Shown in pieces: positions 55,032 to 63,295 of a stretch of DNA of 64,000 nt. How positions within the stretch are numbered: the first letter of the stretch is position 1; every line of letters starts with the position of its first letter. Origin of the DNA: a phage; the sequence record PX994957.1. One strand, written 5' to 3'. Under the pieces are notes generated by a model, which made no database searches, was not told the DNA's origin, and saw only the letters and a program-made list of their open reading frames with translations. The position numbers and the translations under genes are program-made.

Positions 55032-55439
55032 TCACTCAATTTCAATTTTACTAAATACGCAGAATATGATGGAAAAGACTATATAAGCACCGCATACAGA
55101 TTGAACTAATACCATTCCAAAGAACCAAACAATATTATCAAACAATGTCTGTTTTACGTCGAAAGGACGTAAACTTACAGTAATATTATCACCTTTTTCT
55201 ATTGAAGAATACATCTCTGGTGAAATATATTCGCTAAATCTATAACCGTCATTTAGTTCATATACAGCAATAAACGATAAACTAGACCCCTTTCCTTGAG
55301 TTCCTGTAAAGGTATTAACTACAGTAACATCATAATCTTTATAATGCATATAATCATTAATTGCGTAATAACCATATGCAATTACTATACATAAACAACA
55401 TATCAATAAATTCAATCTTTTAATTATCAACCGTTTCAT
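55032..55439 (-). CDS. membrane protein (two predicted TM segments)
   Basis: 135 aa; N-terminal LLICCLCIVIAYGYYAI and C-terminal FFGMVLVQSVCGAYIVFSIIFCVF hydrophobic stretches. Confidence 0.55.
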   Translation of the reverse strand: MKRLIIKRLNLLICCLCIVIAYGYYAINDYMHYKDYDVTVVNTFTGTQGKGSSLSFIAVYELNDGYRFSEYISPEMYSSIEKGDNITVSLRPFDVKQTLFDNIVWFFGMVLVQSVCGAYIVFSIIFCVFSKIEIE

Positions 55440-55468
55440 AATAATCTCAATTAAAAGGGCTTAGAACC

Positions 55469-55498
55469 ATTATACCATCCTTGGTATAAAGCGGTTAT
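55469..55498 (-). promoter_or_regulatory. candidate extended -10 promoter
   Basis: TGgTATAAT on minus strand (55469-55477) but no recognisable -35. Confidence 0.3.
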
Positions 55499-56022
55499 GC
55501 GAGTACCGTCTTTAACCGTTCTTCAAACTTCCGAAGAGTATTTTGGCGTTCAGCTCTTTGCTTTTTGTAAGTTTCAATACGCTCTGAAATGAGAGTGTAT
55601 CGTTCATTTACTGATTTTTTCATAAAATCAGGAATTTCACGAGAAGCTTTAATCTCGTCAAATTTATCAATAACAGCTTGCTCTTCAGCAATTAAGTTAT
55701 CATACATCAAAATATCTTTCTTGATGAACTCAATATCTTCTTGAGTTACACGAGATAATTTAGATGCTTTATCCTTTTTGTACTGTTCGTTAGTATCACG
55801 AGACCAGTGTAATGTACGATTTTTATTCGTGTTCTTGTAAATTTCTACAATACCAATCTCATCGATAATAACGATCCAATTCCAACGGGATTTGTAAATT
55901 TGCCCTCCATCAACCGTGATTTCACCACCGATTGAGACATCATTAAAGAACTTGCTTTGAGCTTCAGATTTAAATTTACCATCATTGTAGTTTACCAAGT
56001 TGAAAATATCTTTAGCATTCAT
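55495..56022 (-). CDS. hypothetical protein with C-terminal coiled coil
   Basis: 175 aa from ATG 56022 with SD GGAGGAACAGAAA; track N-terminus is promoter read-through. Confidence 0.55.
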   Translation of the reverse strand: MNAKDIFNLVNYNDGKFKSEAQSKFFNDVSIGGEITVDGGQIYKSRWNWIVIIDEIGIVEIYKNTNKNRTLHWSRDTNEQYKKDKASKLSRVTQEDIEFIKKDILMYDNLIAEEQAVIDKFDEIKASREIPDFMKKSVNERYTLISERIETYKKQRAERQNTLRKFEERLKTVLA

Positions 56023-56050
56023 TTTCTGTTCCTCCGTAGTTGATAGTTGC

Positions 56051-56080
56051 ATAGTACCACAGAGGAACGGTCTTGTAAAC
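56051..56080 (-). promoter_or_regulatory. T-even early promoter
   Basis: GTTTAC (56075-56080), 18-nt spacer, TACTAT (56051-56056); GTTCCTC / GAGGAAC inverted repeat. Confidence 0.55.
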
Positions 56081-56082
56081 AA

Positions 56083-56397
56083 CTAAAAGAAACTTCTTTC
56101 ACAATTTTTTCCACTGAACCAAGCGCTCACTGCTTTCTTAGTCTCAGGAGCAGTGTTATCCATAAACCATTCAAAGGCAGCCTTTTTATGATTCTGGAGG
56201 GCTTCTCGGGCTTTAATCTGCTCACGGTCTATTAACACTAACATATGAGCCTTTCTTGTCACCAAAGGCTTCTTATGATTTTTTGAATACTCCCAATCAT
56301 TTGTCCAACGCATTGTCGTTGCGAACTGAAATACTGCTTCTTTAATTTTAGTTTCGTAAATTTCACGAGCCTTTGAGTATAACATCATTACCTCCAT
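56083..56397 (-). CDS. hypothetical protein
   Basis: 104 aa; start may be the ATG 9-12 nt downstream, just after SD GGAGGT. Confidence 0.5.
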   Translation of the reverse strand: MEVMMLYSKAREIYETKIKEAVFQFATTMRWTNDWEYSKNHKKPLVTRKAHMLVLIDREQIKAREALQNHKKAAFEWFMDNTAPETKKAVSAWFSGKNCERSFF

Positions 56398-56487
56398 TTA
56401 CCAGTTTAATTCTAGTCATCTTTTTGATGGCAGTCCATATAATCTATTTCTGAACTGCCTTTTTGTCTTAGAAGGCCTCTTATGAAT

Positions 56488-57456
56488 TTATTTCAGAAGA
56501 GTAACCTCAGCGATTTCTTGCCAACCGTTTTTGTCGGTCATAATAAAGTCAGCAAGATAAAGTGCAGTACGCAGTGAAACATTGCGTAAACGGTTAACAT
56601 TGACTTTCATCCATGATAATGCTTTATAAGTTTCTTCATCAGAAAGACCGCGCTTTTGCATCATGTCGGTTGAAAGAATAACATCTTCAACCCTGACCAT
56701 AATTTCTTCATTAGTGTGAACACCCAAATCTAAATAAACTGAGCGGGACACTAATGCTTGTAAATGTGGAGCAAGTTTAGTACCACGGTCTAATTCGCGG
56801 TCAATGTCAACGTTTGTGATAAAAACAATCGTTCCTTTAAATTCAAACTCACGCTCAATGCCTTTTTCTTCTAAGTAAGAAGATGCAGTGCTCCAGCAGA
56901 CTTTACGGGTCTCTCCAGTGTCCAGAGCAGCTTTCAGAAGATTAAGAATGTCCATATCAGAGAAAACATCCACATCATCAATCAAAAGGACAGAATTCTC
57001 TTCACGATTATTCCAAAGTTGTTCATAAAGACCGATACCGGAGATTTTACCGTTAATGCTTTTATATTCAATGTATCCATTATCATTTGCTTTATTCAAA
57101 GCTTTATCTAAAGAATACGTTTTACCAATACCCGCCGCACCAGAGATAATTAATGAACGAATGTTTCCGTTAATAATACCATTCGTCATCATTCCCATAA
57201 CATTAAATCTTTTATTAATGCGGGTTTTCATATCTTCATATGATTCTTTAACTTCTTCAACTTTTACACCATCATATGAAATGTCTGATTTATAAACCCA
57301 AACACCGCGACGTTTACCGTCAATTTCAACAAAAACTTTACCATCTCCTTGTGCATCTACCGGAGCATTATCTGGGAACCATTCGCCTAAGAGCTCAAAA
57401 GTTCCAGAGATTTCTTTACCGAAGTAGATACCCTTATTGATAGTTACAGTTTTCAT
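56488..57456 (-). CDS. P-loop NTPase (AAA-like ATPase)
   Basis: 322 aa from ATG 57456 with SD GGAGAATAAA; Walker A GAAGIGKT, Walker B VLLIDDVD; track N-terminus is promoter read-through. Confidence 0.65.
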   Translation of the reverse strand: MKTVTINKGIYFGKEISGTFELLGEWFPDNAPVDAQGDGKVFVEIDGKRRGVWVYKSDISYDGVKVEEVKESYEDMKTRINKRFNVMGMMTNGIINGNIRSLIISGAAGIGKTYSLDKALNKANDNGYIEYKSINGKISGIGLYEQLWNNREENSVLLIDDVDVFSDMDILNLLKAALDTGETRKVCWSTASSYLEEKGIEREFEFKGTIVFITNVDIDRELDRGTKLAPHLQALVSRSVYLDLGVHTNEEIMVRVEDVILSTDMMQKRGLSDEETYKALSWMKVNVNRLRNVSLRTALYLADFIMTDKNGWQEIAEVTLLK

Positions 57457-57490
57457 TTTATTCTCCAAATCCGTATCAGTTGATAGTTGT

Positions 57491-57520
57491 ATAGTACCAT
57501 AAAGCTTTATGCTTGTAAAC
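57491..57520 (-). promoter_or_regulatory. T-even early promoter upstream of the ATPase gene
   Basis: GTTTAC (57515-57520), 18-nt spacer containing palindrome ATAAAGCTTTAT, TACTAT (57491-57496). Confidence 0.55.
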
Positions 57521-57552
57521 AATTTTGTGAAAAAATTTTTGAAATAAAAAAA

Positions 57553-57570
57553 GGGAGCCCGAAGGCTCCC
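57553..57570 (-). terminator. intrinsic terminator after the NTase-like gene
   Basis: GGGAGCC CGAA GGCTCCC followed on minus strand by UUUUUUUAUUUC. Confidence 0.65.
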
Positions 57571-57572
57571 TA

Positions 57573-58586
57573 TCATTTATAATAACTTCGGTGGTTTTCA
57601 AGATAAACCTTCTCAAGGAAGTCATCCCAGAAACCCATGTCTACTTTTTGCTGCATACCGTTCTTAGAAGCTTCAGTAGATGCTGCTTCTACTTGATCGA
57701 CCACATCTTCCAAAAACTCTTGAACTGTTTTAAATGGATGTTTACCCAACTTCACGTCGAGAATAAATGGAGCATCTTGAAGTGGATAAACCAAGTCACC
57801 AGTTTTGTAAATTTCCAATAGTTGAAGTCCACCACGGCAAGCATGGCTCAGAGCTTTCCAGTCAATGCCCTCATTCGCTTCAGCCTTACGAGCACGTTCG
57901 CCGTATTCAGCATCTAATTTGTTAAGTGACTGCTTAAGCTCAATAAGAGAAAGTGTTGTCTGATATTTACGACCCAACACAGTGTAAAACGTTTGTGGAC
58001 CTGTTTTCTCATGATTATGGAATACCCATTCACAGAACTCGTTTTCAGGGAGTCTGTGTTTGATATCTTCTATCTTAGTACGACGAAGTCTATCAGGGAT
58101 TCCTTCTTGATAGTCGACCCACTGGTCAGGGATTTGATTAACTACTTTCAATACATCACGTAATGCGGCCAAACGAGAACCCTTGACACCGTATTTAGAA
58201 GCTTGCTTGCGGACATATCCTAAATAGGATTTCATGTTAGTTGTATAAAACCGTGAACGATTGTCTTGGATAAATTTCCATACATCAGGCAAATCAGATT
58301 TAACCACTAGTTCAGGCGGAGTGTGAAGCATATCCAATGCTACAGTTTCACCATCTGCTGCTAATTTAAAGAAATACTTAAGACTGTATAGTTCATGGTC
58401 AATATCATCTTTAGTGTTTTTAGATGATGTGTTGTTAGTGTTTTTACTCATATGCTCTTTAACATTTCCGATAAGAATATCGCGAGCACGAGGAACAAAG
58501 ATTTCTTTAAAATCTACATCAGATTCTGGAGTAGAAGTTCCATAAAGATGACTACCAAAATAGCTTTTCATTACTGTTTTCATCAT
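57573..58586 (-). CDS. nucleotidyltransferase-fold protein
   Basis: 337 aa; N-terminal FGSHLYGTSTPESDVDF fits Pol-beta NTase GS-x10-DxD signature with a later candidate catalytic Asp (VALDMLH). Confidence 0.55.
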   Translation of the reverse strand: MMKTVMKSYFGSHLYGTSTPESDVDFKEIFVPRARDILIGNVKEHMSKNTNNTSSKNTKDDIDHELYSLKYFFKLAADGETVALDMLHTPPELVVKSDLPDVWKFIQDNRSRFYTTNMKSYLGYVRKQASKYGVKGSRLAALRDVLKVVNQIPDQWVDYQEGIPDRLRRTKIEDIKHRLPENEFCEWVFHNHEKTGPQTFYTVLGRKYQTTLSLIELKQSLNKLDAEYGERARKAEANEGIDWKALSHACRGGLQLLEIYKTGDLVYPLQDAPFILDVKLGKHPFKTVQEFLEDVVDQVEAASTEASKNGMQQKVDMGFWDDFLEKVYLENHRSYYK

Positions 58587-59044
58587 TCAGCCTTATATTC
58601 AATAACAGGACATACTTTAGCTTTACGAGCTTTTAAAAATTCAACGATAATCGATTTCTTGGATTGAATAGGAGGTAAACCTTTATTTTTCCTATCAATA
58701 TTTTCTACGTGTAAAGCATAATCCTTTTTCCATTTATAATCTTTATATTTTTCACGCAAATGTGCAGGAATAACAAATGAACCGATAATAAGTAAAACAA
58801 CCAAAAGCGCAAGTATAAATGCCGATGGAAGAAGAGCCCATAAACTACCGAAAATAAGCCAACGTTGTAGGCTTTCTGCACAAATAATTGTTAACCCTAC
58901 GAGTATAGCACACCCAAAAATAGAAACGAAAAATGTAGGTATGGCAATAGACCAAAAATATGCGCATAGTGTCTTAGGTCGTTGCCATTCATCGTTAAAC
59001 AATTTGAATAATTTATAGTGCCAAGAGTTTTCATTAATAATCAT
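58583..59044 (-). CDS. membrane protein
   Basis: 153 aa; hydrophobic segments SIAIPTFFVSIFGCAILVGLTIICA and GSLWALLPSAFILALLVVLLIIGSFVI. Confidence 0.55.
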   Translation of the reverse strand: MIINENSWHYKLFKLFNDEWQRPKTLCAYFWSIAIPTFFVSIFGCAILVGLTIICAESLQRWLIFGSLWALLPSAFILALLVVLLIIGSFVIPAHLREKYKDYKWKKDYALHVENIDRKNKGLPPIQSKKSIIVEFLKARKAKVCPVIEYKAE

Positions 59045-59046
59045 AA

Positions 59047-59568
59047 TTATCCTTTCATTGAAGGCGTAACGGTTGTTAAATACTTAATCATAGCTTCAGC
59101 TTCTGATTTTGATAGTGAAATTTCTTCACCGTTTTGGCGAATAGAAACAAAATCTGGATGACGATCACCACCAGCTTTTAAAACACACATATAAGTATCA
59201 GCTTCGCCTTCAATATTTGAAATGATTGAAGCAGTTCCACACGAATGTGGTTTTTGATAAATCAATACAGCTTTTCTTCCACCATTTGACTGTTCATAGG
59301 CTTTTAATACATCAAACAAATCAGTTCTTTTATCAATAGCTAAAATGTTATTTTCATCTTCAATGTTAAATCCTTCGGATACTTCATAAAGCGTTACCCA
59401 TAAATCACCAATGTCAATAACAGCATTTACTTTTCCACGACTTTCAAGAGTATGACAAATTTTCTTGATTTCGTCATAACTCATTTTAATAATATCATCT
59501 CCTTGACTAAGGAAGATGTCATTTTTAAATTCAACACGAATTAAACCGCTTCCACTTGAAATAAACAT
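59047..59568 (-). CDS. hypothetical protein (paralog pair member)
   Basis: 173 aa; C-terminal FVSIRQNGEEISLSKSEAEAMIKYLTTVTPSM parallels next ORF. Confidence 0.55.
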   Translation of the reverse strand: MFISSGSGLIRVEFKNDIFLSQGDDIIKMSYDEIKKICHTLESRGKVNAVIDIGDLWVTLYEVSEGFNIEDENNILAIDKRTDLFDVLKAYEQSNGGRKAVLIYQKPHSCGTASIISNIEGEADTYMCVLKAGGDRHPDFVSIRQNGEEISLSKSEAEAMIKYLTTVTPSMKG

Positions 59569-59574
59569 ATTTCC

Positions 59575-60129
59575 TCACTTTGAAATCATAGTTGGAATAA
59601 CAGAATCAAGATAAGTCTTTAGTGCAATAGCTTCGTCTTTGGTAAATGTGACAATATGTGATCGAAAATCGTCAATTTGACGAATAGATACTATATCTCC
59701 CTCTTCATAGCATTTTGAAACATTTAAAATAGTTTCATCATTCTGATTACAGGAGTTAGTAATAATAGCATTACATTTTTTAAACCATTTTAAATTATGT
59801 TTTCTTTTAGTAGAATCATAAAAATATTTAATGTTAGTTATAAAATTATCCCAATTATTAATTGATAAGCACATTGACTCGCTTTTAATATTAAATCCTG
59901 GACATGAAGAATAAAAATGAATTTTATGCTCATCATTAATGCTTACAATTTTATCAGTGTAAGCATATTCAATTTGGGTTAAACGAACAATTTCACTAGG
60001 CGTAAAATATAACATATCGTCTTCTTGTGTCAAACGATACATATTATTTACTTTTTCTATAGCCAATTCACCAAAAAGTGAACTAACTTCTAATACTAAT
60101 CGTTTCATATTAATCCTTTTTAATGGCAT
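59575..60129 (-). CDS. hypothetical protein (paralog pair member)
   Basis: 184 aa; C-terminal IVSIRQIDDFRSHIVTFTKDEAIALKTYLDSVIPTM. Confidence 0.55.
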   Translation of the reverse strand: MPLKRINMKRLVLEVSSLFGELAIEKVNNMYRLTQEDDMLYFTPSEIVRLTQIEYAYTDKIVSINDEHKIHFYSSCPGFNIKSESMCLSINNWDNFITNIKYFYDSTKRKHNLKWFKKCNAIITNSCNQNDETILNVSKCYEEGDIVSIRQIDDFRSHIVTFTKDEAIALKTYLDSVIPTMISK

Positions 60130-60376
60130 GAATTTGTTCTAAAATTTTAGAGTATTCCTTTATATCAGATTTACGTACAATCGATACACTATAAGGCATA
60201 CTATCGGTGTCTTTTATAAAGCGTTCCAAATGACACTCTAACAAAATTTCTGGATTATAAATCGTGTACATCAAATTACCTGTTGCTCCACGATATTGAC
60301 AGATTTCTACTGATTGAGCATCATTCCACAATTTTGTTAAGACCAAATCACCTACTTCTAATTTAGGAAAGCCCAT
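60110..60376 (-). CDS. hypothetical protein
   Basis: 88 aa from ATG 60376 (TAACATG junction, SD GGTGA). Confidence 0.5.
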   Translation of the reverse strand: MGFPKLEVGDLVLTKLWNDAQSVEICQYRGATGNLMYTIYNPEILLECHLERFIKDTDSMPYSVSIVRKSDIKEYSKILEQIHAIKKD

Positions 60377-60377
60377 G

Positions 60378-60563
60378 TTATTCACCAATTAAAGTTTCAA
60401 TATAAGAATCAAGATTTACTTTAGCTTCTTCCATAAGAGTTTTGTATTTAATCTTGATAGCATGTCCGGAGAAAGCTGATTCATCAATAACTGTTGCTGT
60501 ATGAACAGCTTTGCTATATGTTTCAATTAATTCTCTTAATTTAAAAGCCTGCTCACTCGTCAT
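60378..60563 (-). CDS. hypothetical protein
   Basis: 61 aa; ATG 60563 with SD AAAGGAGT. Confidence 0.5.
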   Translation of the reverse strand: MTSEQAFKLRELIETYSKAVHTATVIDESAFSGHAIKIKYKTLMEEAKVNLDSYIETLIGE

Positions 60564-60667
60564 TACATACTCCTTTGAATCATATCAATAATATTGTTCA
60601 CCAGATTATAGGTAAACAAAGGATAATTATATTGAATCATCACATACACGACAAACAAAATTTTCAT
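60563..60667 (-). CDS. 34-aa hydrophobic peptide
   Basis: ATG 60667 with strong SD GAGGAGAAGAGA directly downstream of early promoter; absent from ORF track. Confidence 0.4.
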   Translation of the reverse strand: MKILFVVYVMIQYNYPLFTYNLVNNIIDMIQRSM

Positions 60668-60695
60668 TCTCTTCTCCTCAGCAGTTGACAAGATT

Positions 60696-60725
60696 ACTAT
60701 ACCATAACCTTGCCAACTTGTAAAC
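60696..60725 (-). promoter_or_regulatory. T-even early promoter
   Basis: GTTTAC (60720-60725), 18-nt spacer, TATAGT (60696-60701). Confidence 0.5.
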
Positions 60726-60727
60726 CA

Positions 60728-60901
60728 TTAAATGGCGTTTTCAATAAAATTCTGAAGCTTTGTGTGAGCATCAACCATGATTTTCATTTCTTCTTTGGCG
60801 AAAGCTGTACCTCTTTCCCGAGAAGAACATTCATAGTCAGAAACTGCATTAGCATATTCTTCGATTAGTTTCATTAAAAACATCTGTTTTTCAGTTTTCA
60901 T
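60728..60901 (-). CDS. 57-aa hypothetical protein
   Basis: ATG 60901 with SD AGGTGGAATA; MKTEKQMFLMKLIEEYANAVSDYECSS; absent from ORF track. Confidence 0.45.
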   Translation of the reverse strand: MKTEKQMFLMKLIEEYANAVSDYECSSRERGTAFAKEEMKIMVDAHTKLQNFIENAI

Positions 60902-61085
60902 TATTCCACCTAATCATTTCAAGATATTGAACTAACTTAGCTTTAGATTTATCCAAATCCTTTTTAGCTGCTTCTATACCGTCGTATGAATATCCTTCAC
61001 AATGCTCAACTGCTAATTGATATGAATCTATTTCAATATCACGTGCTAATTTAATGATTTTTTCAAACTGTTCGCGTGTTAGCAT
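60891..61085 (-). CDS. hypothetical protein
   Basis: 64 aa; ATG 61085. Confidence 0.5.
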   Translation of the reverse strand: MLTREQFEKIIKLARDIEIDSYQLAVEHCEGYSYDGIEAAKKDLDKSKAKLVQYLEMIRWNNEN

Positions 61086-61087
61086 AC

Positions 61088-61291
61088 TTACACTCTCGTA
61101 TTATGATCGATAATTTCATCAAGAAACATATCTAACGCTTCTATAGCATTATCCACTTTAGTTTCAAAGTCTTTAATGCCTTTATTCGAAATACCCGATG
61201 AATACCAAGCAAAGTCAATCAGCTCTTCATCTGCTTTACGAATTGAAGCCACTAATTCCTTGATTTTATCTGCTTGCTCTATACTAATCAT
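61088..61291 (-). CDS. hypothetical protein
   Basis: 67 aa from ATG 61291 (TAATG junction, SD GGTGGAATA); track start is GTG. Confidence 0.5.
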   Translation of the reverse strand: MISIEQADKIKELVASIRKADEELIDFAWYSSGISNKGIKDFETKVDNAIEALDMFLDEIIDHNTRV

Positions 61292-61479
61292 TATTCCACC
61301 ACATATGACAGAGAGAATATTGCACACGCCATGTGAGTTGCAACTTCATCACACATATTATAACGTTTCTTAAGAAATTCTACAAGTTCTTCACTAGTAA
61401 CTTCATCCATGTCGACGAAAAAATCACCATTAATGATGACGTAGATATTTCCTTCTTGATTGAGTGCTTCAATTTTCAT
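61291..61479 (-). CDS. hypothetical protein
   Basis: 62 aa from ATG 61479 with SD GAGGAGAATATC. Confidence 0.5.
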   Translation of the reverse strand: MKIEALNQEGNIYVIINGDFFVDMDEVTSEELVEFLKKRYNMCDEVATHMACAIFSLSYVVE

Positions 61480-61507
61480 GATATTCTCCTCTTTATCTGA
61501 TAGTTGT

Positions 61508-61537
61508 ATAGTATCACAGCTCAAACGGAAAGTAAAC
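61508..61537 (-). promoter_or_regulatory. T-even early promoter
   Basis: GTTTAC (61532-61537), 18-nt spacer, TACTAT (61508-61513). Confidence 0.5.
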
Positions 61538-61553
61538 CGGTAAAATGAAAAAA

Positions 61554-61569
61554 GTCTCCCGAAGGAGAC
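61554..61569 (-). terminator. intrinsic terminator after rI.-1
   Basis: GTCTCC CGAA GGAGAC followed on minus strand by UUUUUUCAUUUUA. Confidence 0.6.
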
Positions 61570-61574
61570 TAATG

Positions 61575-61961
61575 TTATTCGAGGGAAAGAAGATACTTAC
61601 TCTGGTAAAACATTCCAGTAATATCATCTATCGTGCTTTGAATGGCTGGAGGCATTTCTTTATAAATGCTGTTAGATTGGTCTAGTATGCGATCAATCAT
61701 TTTAATTGTGTCGGTAGGAAGTTTACTGGCATCTGGAATTGAAGGCGTGTATTTTCTACCAGAATACCCCAAATATTGCTCACCAAATTTATCAATCAAA
61801 TCTGGCAACTCGGAGAAAATAAAATCGTATGCTTTGTGTCTAGCATAACTTTTAGTTTCAAAATGCGCAGAATGAAAATAAGCTTGTGCAGCCATTAATA
61901 AACCTAAGTATTCATCTGCCTTTGAAGGTTTTCCACTTTGTGAAAAGTCGCTGAATTTCAT
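61575..61961 (-). CDS. rI.-1: rI.-1-like protein
   Basis: 128 aa, same length as T4 rI.-1 as recalled; immediately downstream of rI. Confidence 0.6.
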   Translation of the reverse strand: MKFSDFSQSGKPSKADEYLGLLMAAQAYFHSAHFETKSYARHKAYDFIFSELPDLIDKFGEQYLGYSGRKYTPSIPDASKLPTDTIKMIDRILDQSNSIYKEMPPAIQSTIDDITGMFYQSKYLLSLE

Positions 61962-62251
61962 TCAGTCTCCAATTTAATGTTCATAATTCTAGCGTATGAT
62001 TGTGCCATCTCCGCGCCTCGTTCTATACATTCAAAATCAGAAGAGCACGGGTCATTTTTATAGGTCGTTCTCATAAAACTATAGAACTGTTCAGATGATT
62101 CTACGCTTTTATTTTCAAAAAGCATATAAACATGTCTAATACCAGATTCCATAAATTTATCAAAATGAGGATCGACATTCGCTTCAATTGGTGGAGATAA
62201 AGCAAATGACAATCCTAGCATGGCAAAAAGTGCCGTTGCTTTTAAGGCCAT
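61958..62251 (-). CDS. rI: RI lysis-inhibition regulator
   Basis: 97 aa, equal to T4 RI; N-terminal signal-anchor MALKATALFAMLGLSFALSP; SD GGAGG. Confidence 0.8.
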   Translation of the reverse strand: MALKATALFAMLGLSFALSPPIEANVDPHFDKFMESGIRHVYMLFENKSVESSEQFYSFMRTTYKNDPCSSDFECIERGAEMAQSYARIMNIKLETE

Positions 62252-62263
62252 AAAGGCCTCCTA

Positions 62264-62476
62264 TCATTTTTGTCCTGTATTTACTTTATGCCGATGCACG
62301 GCCTTAACTTTATCAAGGTATTTTTCAAAATTTCGCAATCTAGTATAGTCTGCCGGAGATTGGTTGAGTGATACTTCTCGACGCAAAGCTGAAATGATAT
62401 TTCCAACTTCCCTACGAATTTCATCTAATTGAAGCACAGTAAGATTGCGAAGTTGCTTTTCAGTTAATTGTAGCAT
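62264..62476 (-). CDS. hypothetical protein (rI.1-type)
   Basis: 70 aa; ATG 62476; late promoter motif upstream. Confidence 0.5.
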
Positions 62477-62501
62477 ATATACCCCTTTAGTTAGATAAAC
62501 C

Positions 62502-62509
62502 TATTTATA
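62502..62509 (-). promoter_or_regulatory. T4-type late promoter (TATAAATA)
   Basis: exact TATAAATA on minus strand about 27 nt upstream of the rI.1 ATG. Confidence 0.45.
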
Positions 62510-62518
62510 ACTTTTGCA

Positions 62519-63100
62519 CTAACCGAGCTTTTTAGTTAATTCATTCCAATGTTTTCTACACAAAGAAACATAAATTTCATCACCAATACAGATTTGATTA
62601 CCTTCTTTAACTGGTGTTCCATCTTCCATTAATCGAGCTGTCATAATCGCTTTTTTGCCGCAATGACAAACTGCCTTTAGTTCAATAAGTTTATCTGCAA
62701 TCGCTAAAAGTTCTTTAGAACCTTCAAACAATTTTCCAGCGAAATCAGTCCTTAATCCATAAGCCATAACAGGAACATTATATGTATCAACAATTCGGCT
62801 CAATTGATGCACTTGTTCAGTTTTTAAAAACTGAGCTTCATCTACAAATACACAATGAATATCTTTTTGTGCTTCAGCCCATTTATAGAACTCGAAAATA
62901 TCCATATCATCTGTAATAATATTCGCTTCCTGTTTAATTCCAATGCGAGAAACAACTTCACAGACAGAATCGCGAGTATCAATAGCCGGCTTAAGAACTA
63001 ATACACTCATTCCACGTTCTTTATAATTATGTGCAGCAGTCAAAAGAGAAGCAGATTTTCCAGCATTCATTGCTGCATAAGTAAAAATTAAACTCGCCAT
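62519..63100 (-). CDS. tk: thymidine kinase
   Basis: 193 aa, equal to T4 Tk; P-loop NAGKSAS; C-terminal zinc-binding cysteines. Confidence 0.92.
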   Translation of the reverse strand: MASLIFTYAAMNAGKSASLLTAAHNYKERGMSVLVLKPAIDTRDSVCEVVSRIGIKQEANIITDDMDIFEFYKWAEAQKDIHCVFVDEAQFLKTEQVHQLSRIVDTYNVPVMAYGLRTDFAGKLFEGSKELLAIADKLIELKAVCHCGKKAIMTARLMEDGTPVKEGNQICIGDEIYVSLCRKHWNELTKKLG

Positions 63101-63109
63101 ATCACCTTC

Positions 63110-63295
63110 TTAAAGCGTATTCACATAAGCTATTAATTCATTTTCTTTCTTATCAAACCGATCAGCAAATTCTTCCTGCTGTTCAGGAGATAGCGGGCCG
63201 TATTCATCATAAAAGGTGTTTGCTTCTGTATGCTCATCTAGAAGTTCATGGATAAGCTCAAACAATTTATCTTTTTGTTCTTTACTCAGACTCAT
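63110..63295 (-). CDS. hypothetical acidic protein (tk.1-type)
   Basis: 61 aa; ATG 63295. Confidence 0.5.
   Translation of the reverse strand: MSLSKEQKDKLFELIHELLDEHTEANTFYDEYGPLSPEQQEEFADRFDKKENELIAYVNTL

Noticed and set aside
56398-56487. Possible promoter or small ORF in the 90-bp gap between the ATPase gene and the 104-aa ORF
   Set aside because: No GTTTAC or MotA box with a correctly spaced -10, and the candidate ORFs are under 20 codons
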